A DNA stretch of 20,000 bases from an uncultured virus (IMG/VR IMGVR_UViG_3300025769_000084) (Duplodnaviria; Heunggongvirae; Uroviricota; Caudoviricetes): IMG/VR virus record IMGVR_UViG_3300025769_000084; one strand, 5' to 3'. A model generated the notes under the pieces. It made no database searches. It saw nothing but the letters and a program-made list of their open reading frames with translations, and was not told the DNA's origin. Each line of letters starts with the position of its first letter. The first letter of the stretch is position 1. Made by a program: the position numbers and the translations under genes. Shown in pieces: positions 8,549 through 16,912 of this stretch.

Positions 8549-10078
8549 TCAATACTCTAACTCTAGTTTTCCTCGTGTCATTAGTCCATTGCACAGCCAG
8601 ACAAGTGCATCGACGCAATCATCATGTGAGCTGACGCCAAAGTTTACGATCTCATCCGTCAGTGCTTGAAACTTGCGATATTTATTGAAAATTATTTTCC
8701 GTTGCTCGAAAAGACCCATGATCCCCCGGAAGCGTGCAACTTTGTCGCCTCTGAAGCCTTTGACCGGGTGCCAGTTCAAGTTGTAAAGACCATGCTCTCC
8801 TTGGCAGATCCTTTTGAAGTCAGCTTCTAATGAAGCCTGGTATGCCACAGCCTCTGACCAGATTTCAACTGTATTGCCTGTCGGAAAATACTGATCTCGT
8901 TCTTTATGGACAATCCCCCACTCCTCCATCATTTCCATGATTGCATCAAGTTTTTCGAGGTTCCCCATGATCCTCAATCGCTTGCAATCAATAATGTGAA
9001 TCTTCCCTCCCACTCGCCCACCCATCACGAAGACCGTGTAGTCGTTACGTTCACGAACTCCGGCAGAAAGGTCAACGCCGACTCCTATACAGTCGAACTC
9101 TTTGGAGATTGGGCCTTTGACGATTAGATCGGGGGAGAGCGAAAGCTCGCTCGTTTGTACAACTTGGTTTTGGTACTGAAAGCTGAAGGCGACGGGAGCT
9201 TGACGACGTCGGTCGCGCAGATAATCGAGAGACCACATCTCAGGCCAATAGGACTGTTCGTCTCCGTTACCGTCGACGGAGATTGCAGACTGGACGATCT
9301 GCACCCAGTCGTTGGCCGGAATGAACGTGGAGTTGTGGATGTCGTCATGACGGAAGCGGGTTCCTAGACAGATCGCACGTCCACCTTCGAACATGGTTGG
9401 CACGATGACTGAATTCCAGTTGTCCTCCATGGCCTGGCGGATATCCCTGTTCTTGATGTCGTCCGCACTCTTGATCGCGTCATCGATGATGCAGAGGTGT
9501 GAACGCTTGGAGGTCACGGCACCTTTAAGACCTGCACAACAGACCGTGAACTCTTCCTCACCTGCTGTCCGGATTCCGGCGAACTTCCAATCAATACTCC
9601 AGTACTCGTTTGAGTTGATGCCTTTGGCGATCTTTACCGTGGGGAAGATCTCCTTGTATGCCTTACTCTCCTCGATGATCCTTTTGATTGCTGCGCTCTT
9701 GGGCCTGGCCACATCCACCGTGTAGGAGATGTAGAGGATTTTCAAAGGTTTTCGCGCCAGGGCATGCACACCAACAGCCCACGCCGTGTAGAGGCCGAGA
9801 ATCGTGGATTTAGCGCTACCTCGTGGGGCGAGGATATCGATGTTGGGTCCACCGATACCAATGAGGCATTCACTGTCCTGTCCCGTACAAAGATATTTAT
9901 GCCATTCTTTATGGTGCTCCGCAGGTGGTTTATCACCTACAACATCACAGAAATATGCAAAATCTGTCCTTGCTCGTTCTATGTCTATGTTTGATGTCTT
10001 CTTAACAATACGTTGTTGTGCTGCAGCACGTGCAGTCCTTCGATATACGCTATGAATGCTTGTTCCTGCCATGCTCAA
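8549..10078 (-). CDS. terL: Terminase large subunit
   Basis: Walker A APRGSAKST, Walker B LCIIDD, coupling motif GTR, RNase H-like GVDL...DYT and C-terminal HDDCVDA. Confidence 0.95.
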   Translation of the reverse strand: MSMAGTSIHSVYRRTARAAAQQRIVKKTSNIDIERARTDFAYFCDVVGDKPPAEHHKEWHKYLCTGQDSECLIGIGGPNIDILAPRGSAKSTILGLYTAWAVGVHALARKPLKILYISYTVDVARPKSAAIKRIIEESKAYKEIFPTVKIAKGINSNEYWSIDWKFAGIRTAGEEEFTVCCAGLKGAVTSKRSHLCIIDDAIKSADDIKNRDIRQAMEDNWNSVIVPTMFEGGRAICLGTRFRHDDIHNSTFIPANDWVQIVQSAISVDGNGDEQSYWPEMWSLDYLRDRRRQAPVAFSFQYQNQVVQTSELSLSPDLIVKGPISKEFDCIGVGVDLSAGVRERNDYTVFVMGGRVGGKIHIIDCKRLRIMGNLEKLDAIMEMMEEWGIVHKERDQYFPTGNTVEIWSEAVAYQASLEADFKRICQGEHGLYNLNWHPVKGFRGDKVARFRGIMGLFEQRKIIFNKYRKFQALTDEIVNFGVSSHDDCVDALVWLCNGLMTRGKLELEY

Positions 10079-10094
10079 AGCATAGCGTCATGAA

Positions 10095-10448
10095 TCATTG
10101 ACGTCTTTCTTTTTCTCTTTGTTCTTCTTCTGCAAGTGCTTTCATAAAAAGTTGTTGAAAGATGTCTTTGTAAGATGAATTCATATCCTTCTTTTCAGGT
10201 GGTGTAATAGGTTCTAATCCACCTTGCTGCGTAGATCCGGGAGGAGTCAAAATATCCATCCCACCGTGCTCTGTAGACCCAGGAGGTGTAATCACATCAA
10301 ATGGGTTACGAGAAACTTGTCCTGTACCACCTACGCCAAGGTTGTACTCAGTACGCCGCATATCACCGACGGGGCCGTCATAACGGACGCCGATTACATT
10401 ACCTTTCTCATCAATATATCTATCGTTATAAGGATCAACTAAAGGCAT
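10095..10448 (-). CDS. Hypothetical protein (117 aa) with internal 14-aa tandem repeat
   Basis: ATG ORF between putative terS and terL; DVITPPGSTEHGGM/DILTPPGSTQQGGL/EPITPP. Confidence 0.65.
   Translation of the reverse strand: MPLVDPYNDRYIDEKGNVIGVRYDGPVGDMRRTEYNLGVGGTGQVSRNPFDVITPPGSTEHGGMDILTPPGSTQQGGLEPITPPEKKDMNSSYKDIFQQLFMKALAEEEQREKERRQ
10198..10299 (-). repeat. Degenerate 42-bp coding tandem repeat (~2.4 copies)
   Basis: Periodic TPPGST..GG units in the translation. Confidence 0.75.
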
Positions 10449-10474
10449 GTATCTAAAAACTTTTTCTCAGTCTA

Positions 10475-10960
10475 CTAAGACTCCTCTTGGAAGATCTTTG
10501 TCCACACACCCATCGAGGCCTCTTGCAGCGGCCCCTCGATCGGATCATCGCGGAAGATTGTAAGCATCTCTCTGATCGCACGGTCTGCACCAGCGAGGAT
10601 CAACCCTTGCTTATCAAGAAGAATTTTCTCGTCATTCAACTGCTTGATTGTGCCCCGCAGTTCCTTCTGCATCATCGCGATGCGTGAGGCGCCCATATCC
10701 TGTTTCACCATTCCCATATCGATCGCATCTCGCAACTTAGAGATGTCCATGGTCATGGCATCGATCTCCATCTCCAGAACGCCAGAAAAATCCCGCTTCT
10801 TATACTCCTGCTTAGACCACTCGTCACACTCAACGATTGATCCAGTGAAGCCTAAAAAACGGGCGTAAAGATAAATCTGGATGGGAGTTCCTGCTCGTTT
10901 GCAGAAAGCTAGAAAGGATTCACGGTCTTTTTCGGTAAGAGAGTGAATCCAATCAATCAT
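10475..10960 (-). CDS. Putative terminase small subunit (161 aa)
   Basis: All-helical, N-terminal HTH-like region plus coiled coil, upstream of terL; positional call. Confidence 0.45.
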   Translation of the reverse strand: MIDWIHSLTEKDRESFLAFCKRAGTPIQIYLYARFLGFTGSIVECDEWSKQEYKKRDFSGVLEMEIDAMTMDISKLRDAIDMGMVKQDMGASRIAMMQKELRGTIKQLNDEKILLDKQGLILAGADRAIREMLTIFRDDPIEGPLQEASMGVWTKIFQEES

Positions 10961-11478
10961 GCTCGATATTGGCTTTGAGCCTGCTCGAAATCCCTGTTCT
11001 CTTTATAGCGCCGGAACATCTCTCGTTGCAAGTCAGTTGCTCGAGTTTCACTGCCGGTTTCTCTGATCCCAGCACGCTGTTCTTCACCCTCAACTCGCCT
11101 GGTCGCACGGGTCTCGGTTCCAGCAGTCTCAAGGCCGCGACGATATTGAGCACCTGTCTCAACAGTTTGAGCTCTTTCTTCTTGGCCCCTGACACGAGTA
11201 AGGTCAGTCTCTAAGCGATACTGATCCTGCTGTGTGAGACGCTGCTCAGCAGCAGTAGCTTGCGTGCGGCGGATGTCCTGACCAGCAAAGAAATCAGCGT
11301 TCGTTCGGTCGAGTTGGGCGCCAAGCTCCATGTTGAGCCGGGTTTGCTTACCACTAACCTCATTCAGTGCAGTCTGCGTCTGCAAAGATTGCGAGGGAGC
11401 CTGCGTCACCGTTGGCGGCGGCGGGGGCGGTGCGTAAACAATAGTTGGCGGCGGTGGCGGCTTAGGTCTGGAGCCCAT
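10957..11478 (-). CDS. Coiled-coil protein with poly-Pro N-terminus (candidate internal/ejection protein)
   Basis: ATGA overlap with next gene; 11-residue quasi-repeats (G.E.RA....T). Confidence 0.65.
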   Translation of the reverse strand: MGSRPKPPPPPTIVYAPPPPPPTVTQAPSQSLQTQTALNEVSGKQTRLNMELGAQLDRTNADFFAGQDIRRTQATAAEQRLTQQDQYRLETDLTRVRGQEERAQTVETGAQYRRGLETAGTETRATRRVEGEEQRAGIRETGSETRATDLQREMFRRYKENRDFEQAQSQYRA

Positions 11479-11507
11479 AATTATCTCTCGTATTTGATAA
11501 TTTTAGA

Positions 11508-12206
11508 TTACCCGAACCGACGGCCAGTACCAAGGCTGGCAAATCCGGAAGCAGCTTGTTGTTGAGTTGCAGCTGCTTGTGCTTGTTTCAAGAATGCATC
11601 GGAGGCAGTCTGAATTTGTTGCTGCTTTGCCGACATGATGTCTTGAATTGTCGTGGGCAACTGTTCCTTAAATGCCTTGAAGCGCTCGCTTGCTGCCAGG
11701 TTACGCTGGACTGAGCGGGACTGAGCTTCATCGATGTACGGCAGTGCAGTTTGGAGCTGCTGCTGCATCTGCCTGATATTACGGGCAGATTCCCTTTCCC
11801 GCCTCTGTTGATACAGAGGTTCTGCCTGTTCCTGTAGTTCGAGTGCTATCTGCCCTGCTTGTCGCATAGAATCAGGATCAAATGCATCACCTTGCCCGTA
11901 AGCTTGAAGGGCCTGCATTCTTCTAGTCAGATCCCTGTCGAAAGCTGCATCTTGTTTTGCAACACTTGCCTGCTCAACAACAGGAATTAGTTGTGTGATG
12001 CCTTGCTCGTAGTCACCGACAGTAAAAGGCTCTGGTGCATTAATCCCTAATACTCTCTCCAGCATGTTCTGTTTGGAGAGTCGTTGTCCTGTAGACAACT
12101 CCAGGCCACCGCTAGTCGTGTCGCCAACTCCCAAAATAAGAGCTTGATCGCGCAGGGCGTTATAACGTGCTCTTAGTTGTTCAAGACGTTGTTGTTCAGT
12201 TGCCAT
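11508..12206 (-). CDS. Gln/Ala-rich coiled-coil protein (candidate ejection protein)
   Basis: 232-aa ORF tightly packed in the late operon. Confidence 0.65.
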   Translation of the reverse strand: MATEQQRLEQLRARYNALRDQALILGVGDTTSGGLELSTGQRLSKQNMLERVLGINAPEPFTVGDYEQGITQLIPVVEQASVAKQDAAFDRDLTRRMQALQAYGQGDAFDPDSMRQAGQIALELQEQAEPLYQQRRERESARNIRQMQQQLQTALPYIDEAQSRSVQRNLAASERFKAFKEQLPTTIQDIMSAKQQQIQTASDAFLKQAQAAATQQQAASGFASLGTGRRFG

Positions 12207-12207
12207 A

Positions 12208-13005
12208 TCACTGATATTGATATTGGCGGGTCAGGGCATCGCCAGCTTGCTGCATGGCACCTAAACCTGCCTTCAGGCCGGCGGCTTGAGCAGCTTGCTG
12301 CATTGCCGCACGAGTAGCAATGTTCTGGCGGATGCCAGCGGCAGCCATTTGACGCTCGAGCTCTTTCTTGGAGCGAGCCTCAGAGGCGGCTTCAATTTCA
12401 GGCAGCAGGGTGCGAAGGACATCACGCTGAGTCTGTGCAGTCTTCAGGGTGTCGAGTCGTTGACCCATGCCAGCGGGTCCAAGGACATCCAGTGGGCCGC
12501 CGTAAGGAGAAGTCGGTCCGTACTGACCCATGCCGGGAGGTAATGCGGCGCCACCGTAAACGGGCTTGCCGTCAGCGGTGTAACCGATCAAACCAGCGCC
12601 AAGCTGGCCTGCGCTGCCTAAACCTTGTTGTGCGCCTTGTACAACCCCGGAAGATGCTGGATTCATTGCGCCACCTAGGGCCAAAGCACCAGCTCCTAAA
12701 CCAAGAGCACTGACTCCAGCTGCTGCGGGCAAGAGATCAGCTCCTAATTTTGTAGCCATTCCTGGAGCCATTTTTTGAACAGCACTCGATAAACCTCCGG
12801 CCATTCGAGGAACAAGGCGACCCGCAGTTCCCCCGAGAGCACTGCCGCCTAGGTAACCGAGACCACCTTGCATGAGTGCATCTATTGGGCGTCCTTGACG
12901 GAGTGAGGGTAAAGCGGCTCCCGCTCCCATAATTAAGGGAAGCTTACCTAATGCAAATTTACCGGCTCCAGCGAGTAAGGGTGCGATTGCTAACGGAGCA
13001 GCCAT
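12208..13005 (-). CDS. Gly/Ala-rich membrane-active protein (DNA pilot/ejection-like)
   Basis: Hydrophobic Gly-zipper-type N-half plus Gln/Ala coiled-coil C-half. Confidence 0.6.
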   Translation of the reverse strand: MAAPLAIAPLLAGAGKFALGKLPLIMGAGAALPSLRQGRPIDALMQGGLGYLGGSALGGTAGRLVPRMAGGLSSAVQKMAPGMATKLGADLLPAAAGVSALGLGAGALALGGAMNPASSGVVQGAQQGLGSAGQLGAGLIGYTADGKPVYGGAALPPGMGQYGPTSPYGGPLDVLGPAGMGQRLDTLKTAQTQRDVLRTLLPEIEAASEARSKKELERQMAAAGIRQNIATRAAMQQAAQAAGLKAGLGAMQQAGDALTRQYQYQ

Positions 13006-13057
13006 GTTCTAAATACTTCTTCTTATGTTAATTAGTTTAAGTTAGGTAACTTTTGGA

Positions 13058-13552
13058 TCAGCTAAAGAATCCACCAAGAGCACCAATAAGTGCGCCTGCT
13101 CCTGCACCAATCGGGCCACCAGCTGCTCCAATCGATGCGCCTGTAGCGGCACCTTGAAGACCTCCCATGGCAGCACCGGCAAGACGTTGGCCCGTGGATT
13201 TACCTTGATAACCTCCGCCAGCGCCCGGAGTAACAATCGGCTCAAAAGCTCTGGGTGTTCTCATTGTTAAACCACCCGCCAGTCTTGTAGTGCTACCTGG
13301 AATAGATCTGCCGCCGAAAGGTTTCTTTGCTAAAGACTCAAAAGCCGCAGCTTGTGGATCATAATTTTTAAACCCTCCACCAAATGAATCTCCAAAGAGC
13401 TTCGCCATGTCGGCGTACTTCTGCCCAGCCGGCATGTCGTCGTAAGTTTTTGGTTTGGTCGCAGGAGAAGGGGCGGGACTGGGGCTTCCGTATTTACCTG
13501 GATAAAAAACGCTTCCAGTTACGTTGTAGTCGTAGGGATCGAACTTTGGCAT
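13058..13552 (-). CDS. Protein with C-terminal glycine zipper
   Basis: GAAMGGLQGAATGASIG...GAGAGALIGALGG GxxxG repeats. Confidence 0.65.
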   Translation of the reverse strand: MPKFDPYDYNVTGSVFYPGKYGSPSPAPSPATKPKTYDDMPAGQKYADMAKLFGDSFGGGFKNYDPQAAAFESLAKKPFGGRSIPGSTTRLAGGLTMRTPRAFEPIVTPGAGGGYQGKSTGQRLAGAAMGGLQGAATGASIGAAGGPIGAGAGALIGALGGFFS

Positions 13553-13558
13553 GATAAA

Positions 13559-14242
13559 TCAATACTGAGGGGTTCCACCGTAAATTTGTTGTCCCATTGC
13601 CATCGGGTCAAAGAGACCAGCGCCGGACATTGGTTGATTGCGCGGAGTACGAGCCTCTGCACGCGCCTGGGCAATCATCATGTCGTGTTGCTGGCGCTGC
13701 TCCTGTAAAAAAAGCGACTGTTGGAACTTCTGTGCGGCGAGTTCCTGATTACCAAGTTGGCGGGCTGCATCAGCCTGGAGCTTGGCATCGATGATTCCGT
13801 AGGCCGAAGCCTCACGAGCAGCGATCGTATCCATGGCTGCGGTGTAGGCAGTTTCTGGTCGTTCCATCATCCCACTCGCCAGGGCAAGAGGTGCTCCAAC
13901 AGCCACTGCTTGTGAAACAGGATTTGCGATTGCTCCTAAAGTTCCAGCAGCTTTTGTGATCTGATCATCGGTTACTGAAGATACTGCTTTTGCAGCCTTA
14001 CCGACAACACCTTGTCTACCGACAAATTGCTCAGCAAAATCACGTGCGACAGGTGCCCCTTTAAGAACAGCACTTTCAGTAGCTAATCCAGACCTAAGAC
14101 CAAACTTGCCTAACCCCTCACCAGCAACTTTTGCGGCTGCCATGCCAGCTTCGGCTGTTTTGCCTAAAGCTTTGCGGCCTTGTTCAGACTCTAAAAATTT
14201 AAGGAGAACTTCCCCAGCTGGTCTAATTAATTCTTTCATCAA
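13559..14242 (-). CDS. Ala/Gly-rich helical protein (candidate ejection protein)
   Basis: 227 aa, ATGA overlap with the upstream gene; hydrophobic middle and Gln-rich coil. Confidence 0.65.
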   Translation of the reverse strand: MMKELIRPAGEVLLKFLESEQGRKALGKTAEAGMAAAKVAGEGLGKFGLRSGLATESAVLKGAPVARDFAEQFVGRQGVVGKAAKAVSSVTDDQITKAAGTLGAIANPVSQAVAVGAPLALASGMMERPETAYTAAMDTIAAREASAYGIIDAKLQADAARQLGNQELAAQKFQQSLFLQEQRQQHDMMIAQARAEARTPRNQPMSGAGLFDPMAMGQQIYGGTPQY

Positions 14243-14685
14243 ACATTAACTCCGCTAGCACCGGGGAACTTACCAGCAGTCTCCGGGCTGCTTTCATTAG
14301 AAGCAGCTGTTGCAGGTTGTGAAGCTATTCTAGCTAACCTATCCGGACCCACGGCCTCTTCTTCAGCTACAAATCCCCGTTGAACGCCCTCACTATATTT
14401 CGCTAAAAAATCACGAGCGAAACTGTTGTCACCCTCATTCGCGAAAGTAGGCTCAGAGCTTGTTGCAGCCTGATCAATTTTCATCTGTGACATACCCGCA
14501 ACATCGTTAAATGTGCGGCTGCCACGATAAAAATCTTCGTAGCGAGGATTCTCACTACGGAGCTTGGCTGCAAAACCGTCGAATCCATCCGTCTCGCGAT
14601 TCGGCCCCAAAGTCCCCTTATGGACCCGATCTCCGGATAGAAATTTTTCGTCGGACTGATTTGTTCTTCGGTTAAAAGTAACCAT
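14239..14685 (-). CDS. Hypothetical protein (148 aa)
   Basis: ATG 2 nt after the upstream stop; coupled at both ends. Confidence 0.7.
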   Translation of the reverse strand: MVTFNRRTNQSDEKFLSGDRVHKGTLGPNRETDGFDGFAAKLRSENPRYEDFYRGSRTFNDVAGMSQMKIDQAATSSEPTFANEGDNSFARDFLAKYSEGVQRGFVAEEEAVGPDRLARIASQPATAASNESSPETAGKFPGASGVNV

Positions 14686-14687
14686 TA

Positions 14688-15080
14688 TTAGGAGGCAGTG
14701 TTGACCTTTGCGGTGATCTCTTCAGCAGCCTTGCGTTGTTCGGCAGGCATGCCACTTTCTTCAAGGAGACGCACTTTCTCAGCAGCTGCACCAGGAAGCC
14801 ATGCTTGTGCCATATGCACAGCCAGCTTCTTGATTTCGTCACTGGAAAGCTCACCATCGGAGACAGATTCGATGGCTAACTCAAAAGCTTTATCAACTTT
14901 CGAGCCGTTCCAATTACCCAGGTTCTTATCGAGAACAGGGTCGATGATGTCGTAGGCTTTTTGCACCAACGGGCCATACTTAAGGATGGCTCTTGCGGTC
15001 AGGTTCTTCTTCAGGAACACCGCCAAAGCAGTGACCGCTGCGCCAAGAATAGACGCAATGACCGGTTCGAGGAAGGACAT
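14688..15080 (-). CDS. Holin-like membrane protein (LL-H-type architecture)
   Basis: Single N-terminal TM helix (VIASILGAAVTALAVFL) followed by KK and a soluble helical domain with G.K.D.A. Confidence 0.5.
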   Translation of the reverse strand: MSFLEPVIASILGAAVTALAVFLKKNLTARAILKYGPLVQKAYDIIDPVLDKNLGNWNGSKVDKAFELAIESVSDGELSSDEIKKLAVHMAQAWLPGAAAEKVRLLEESGMPAEQRKAAEEITAKVNTAS

Positions 15081-15118
15081 GGTTTCAGAGTATATATGAA
15101 TATATTACTCCGTACTTA

Positions 15119-16552
15119 TTATTGACCTAAGCGGCGTTGTACCTCAGCTTCTTTCTGTTCAGGAGTAAAGCGTCCGAGGCTCCGATCAACATCACGACGG
15201 ATCTGTTCCTCACGGGGATTAACTTTTTTTCTAGCCATTCCCCCAAGAACAGCACCGACAACTGATTTACCTGCATCGGAAACCATCTGCTTAGCAAGTT
15301 CTACAGGGGATTTGCTTGCAGCCTGTTTAGGAGCAGCCTGCGCTGGAGTACTGCTTTGCAAGAGCGCGTCAACTGGATTGATTAGCTCACCACGTGACTC
15401 CATGCCTTTCATAAATTTCGTGCCGGACTCCCCGATTGGTTGCCCGCCATATGCAACATTTTTGAGAGTTTGTAAACCCTGTGGTGAAACTTGATAGGTG
15501 TACGCCTGATCAGGGGTCTTCTTAAAAGTTACCTTTGCAGCGCTTATGCCGCCCTCGCCAACTTCCTCTGGGTAAAATTCAATACCCTCGTAATTGGTGC
15601 CGGGCAGGGAGATATATTCCCTCAAGAAGGGTTTATTGCCAGCTTTGATGTCTTGTCGCGCTGCAACACCCTCTTTCCTAGATATTTCGAAAGATTCAGG
15701 ATCTTGAAAAGGACTGCCATGAGGCGTGGCATCCTGTAACTCAACAGCCTGGAGTCCTGCGCTTTCGACTGGGTCAGTAGCTTTTTCTATAGGACCATAG
15801 TCAAATTGTCGTTGCTCAATACCGAGATCTTTGAAGCCGGGGGTCACTGCAGCCATACGAGACGGCTGAGTGTAATCTTTTGCCGCTACGTTCGAAAGAT
15901 CAGTAACCTGAACCCCAGAGGATGGTTGCTGTCTTACCTCAACACGAGGCTGAGTTGGTTCACTTGTTGATGCGAGTTGAGCACCACGGCTTTCATTTGC
16001 AACATTCGGATCAGCCTGAGGAACTTGGGTTTGTCCAGAGATGCGATTCCGTAAAGGTTCACCAATCAGGACCCTGGGGTCATCGAAGACTGCTGCCTCT
16101 GCAGCATCAAGTGCGTCACCACTTAATACTTGAGGCCCACTGGATGAAGGACTTGCAGTTAAATCAGGGGCAGACATCTGCGCCCCTCTATTCGTACCTA
16201 AAACACTTGCAGATAAACGGTCTGCTTCATCGCGCAAAGCACTGGCTCGAACAGTCTTAGGAAGATCCGAATCAAGATCAACATTTTCGGTTGGCTTGGC
16301 TTCAGTCTGTGGAGCACTAGGCTTTTTAGCCATCTCTTCCTGAGTGGCCAACGCCAAAGCGCCTGCACCAGCAAGAGCACCTGCTGCTAATGCACCTTTT
16401 GCGGCACCACGCAGAAAACGGCCAAAACCACCGCCACCCCGACGCATGTTGTACACCTGGGGCGCAATAGCCATTCGCCCTGCCGGAGTGTTAGGAATGG
16501 GCTGCCCGGTCATCCGGGAATAAAACTCAAAGTCTGCCGGAGATACGGGCAT
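15119..16552 (-). CDS. Large low-complexity protein with N-terminal hydrophobic helix and possible KTSC-like domain
   Basis: 477-aa ORF, first gene of the late arm; GALAAGALAGAGALALA segment. Confidence 0.75.
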   Translation of the reverse strand: MPVSPADFEFYSRMTGQPIPNTPAGRMAIAPQVYNMRRGGGGFGRFLRGAAKGALAAGALAGAGALALATQEEMAKKPSAPQTEAKPTENVDLDSDLPKTVRASALRDEADRLSASVLGTNRGAQMSAPDLTASPSSSGPQVLSGDALDAAEAAVFDDPRVLIGEPLRNRISGQTQVPQADPNVANESRGAQLASTSEPTQPRVEVRQQPSSGVQVTDLSNVAAKDYTQPSRMAAVTPGFKDLGIEQRQFDYGPIEKATDPVESAGLQAVELQDATPHGSPFQDPESFEISRKEGVAARQDIKAGNKPFLREYISLPGTNYEGIEFYPEEVGEGGISAAKVTFKKTPDQAYTYQVSPQGLQTLKNVAYGGQPIGESGTKFMKGMESRGELINPVDALLQSSTPAQAAPKQAASKSPVELAKQMVSDAGKSVVGAVLGGMARKKVNPREEQIRRDVDRSLGRFTPEQKEAEVQRRLGQ

Positions 16553-16727
16553 AACTATCTCTATTTACCACGATATTCTTCAGTTTAAATTGACTCAACT
16601 CCTTATTGCGCGATCCCCCTAAATGGCCTATATTGAGGTCGAAAAGGGGAAATAAATTGGAGAGACATCTGGCGGCCTCGTCACAAAAGTTTACGTTGTA
16701 GGAAAAAAAAGACCCTGTGTAACGGGT

Positions 16728-16744
16728 TTGTAACAGTGTTACAA
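16728..16744. promoter_or_regulatory. Palindromic operator-like site TTGTAACA-G-TGTTACAA
   Basis: Perfect 8-1-8 inverted repeat in the divergent intergenic region. Confidence 0.55.
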
Positions 16745-16818
16745 CGGCTTCATGAAGCGCTTTACATTCCAGTCACAGCAGGGTTTGTCAGCGATTCGAC
16801 ACGAAAACGGCGGCGGAT

Positions 16819-16846
16819 TTGACAGCTCGGTCAGATCGGTTAAGTT
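16819..16846 (+). promoter_or_regulatory. Sigma70-like early promoter
   Basis: TTGACA-16 nt-TAAGTT, 66 nt upstream of ATG 16913. Confidence 0.65.
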
Positions 16847-16912
16847 GGATCTGTCGGTCACCGAGCCGGCGAATTCAGTTCCTTCTCGCGGCTCATCGCA
16901 AGCCGTCACGCC

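Noticed and set aside
910..14420. A-x-x-FL-x-x-Y-like peptide in a few late proteins (EFLKSY, DFLAKY, KFLAAI)
   Set aside because: Too degenerate to distinguish from chance without a proteome-wide test
16730..16742. NtcA box
   Set aside because: Spacing is GTA-N7-TAC rather than the canonical N8
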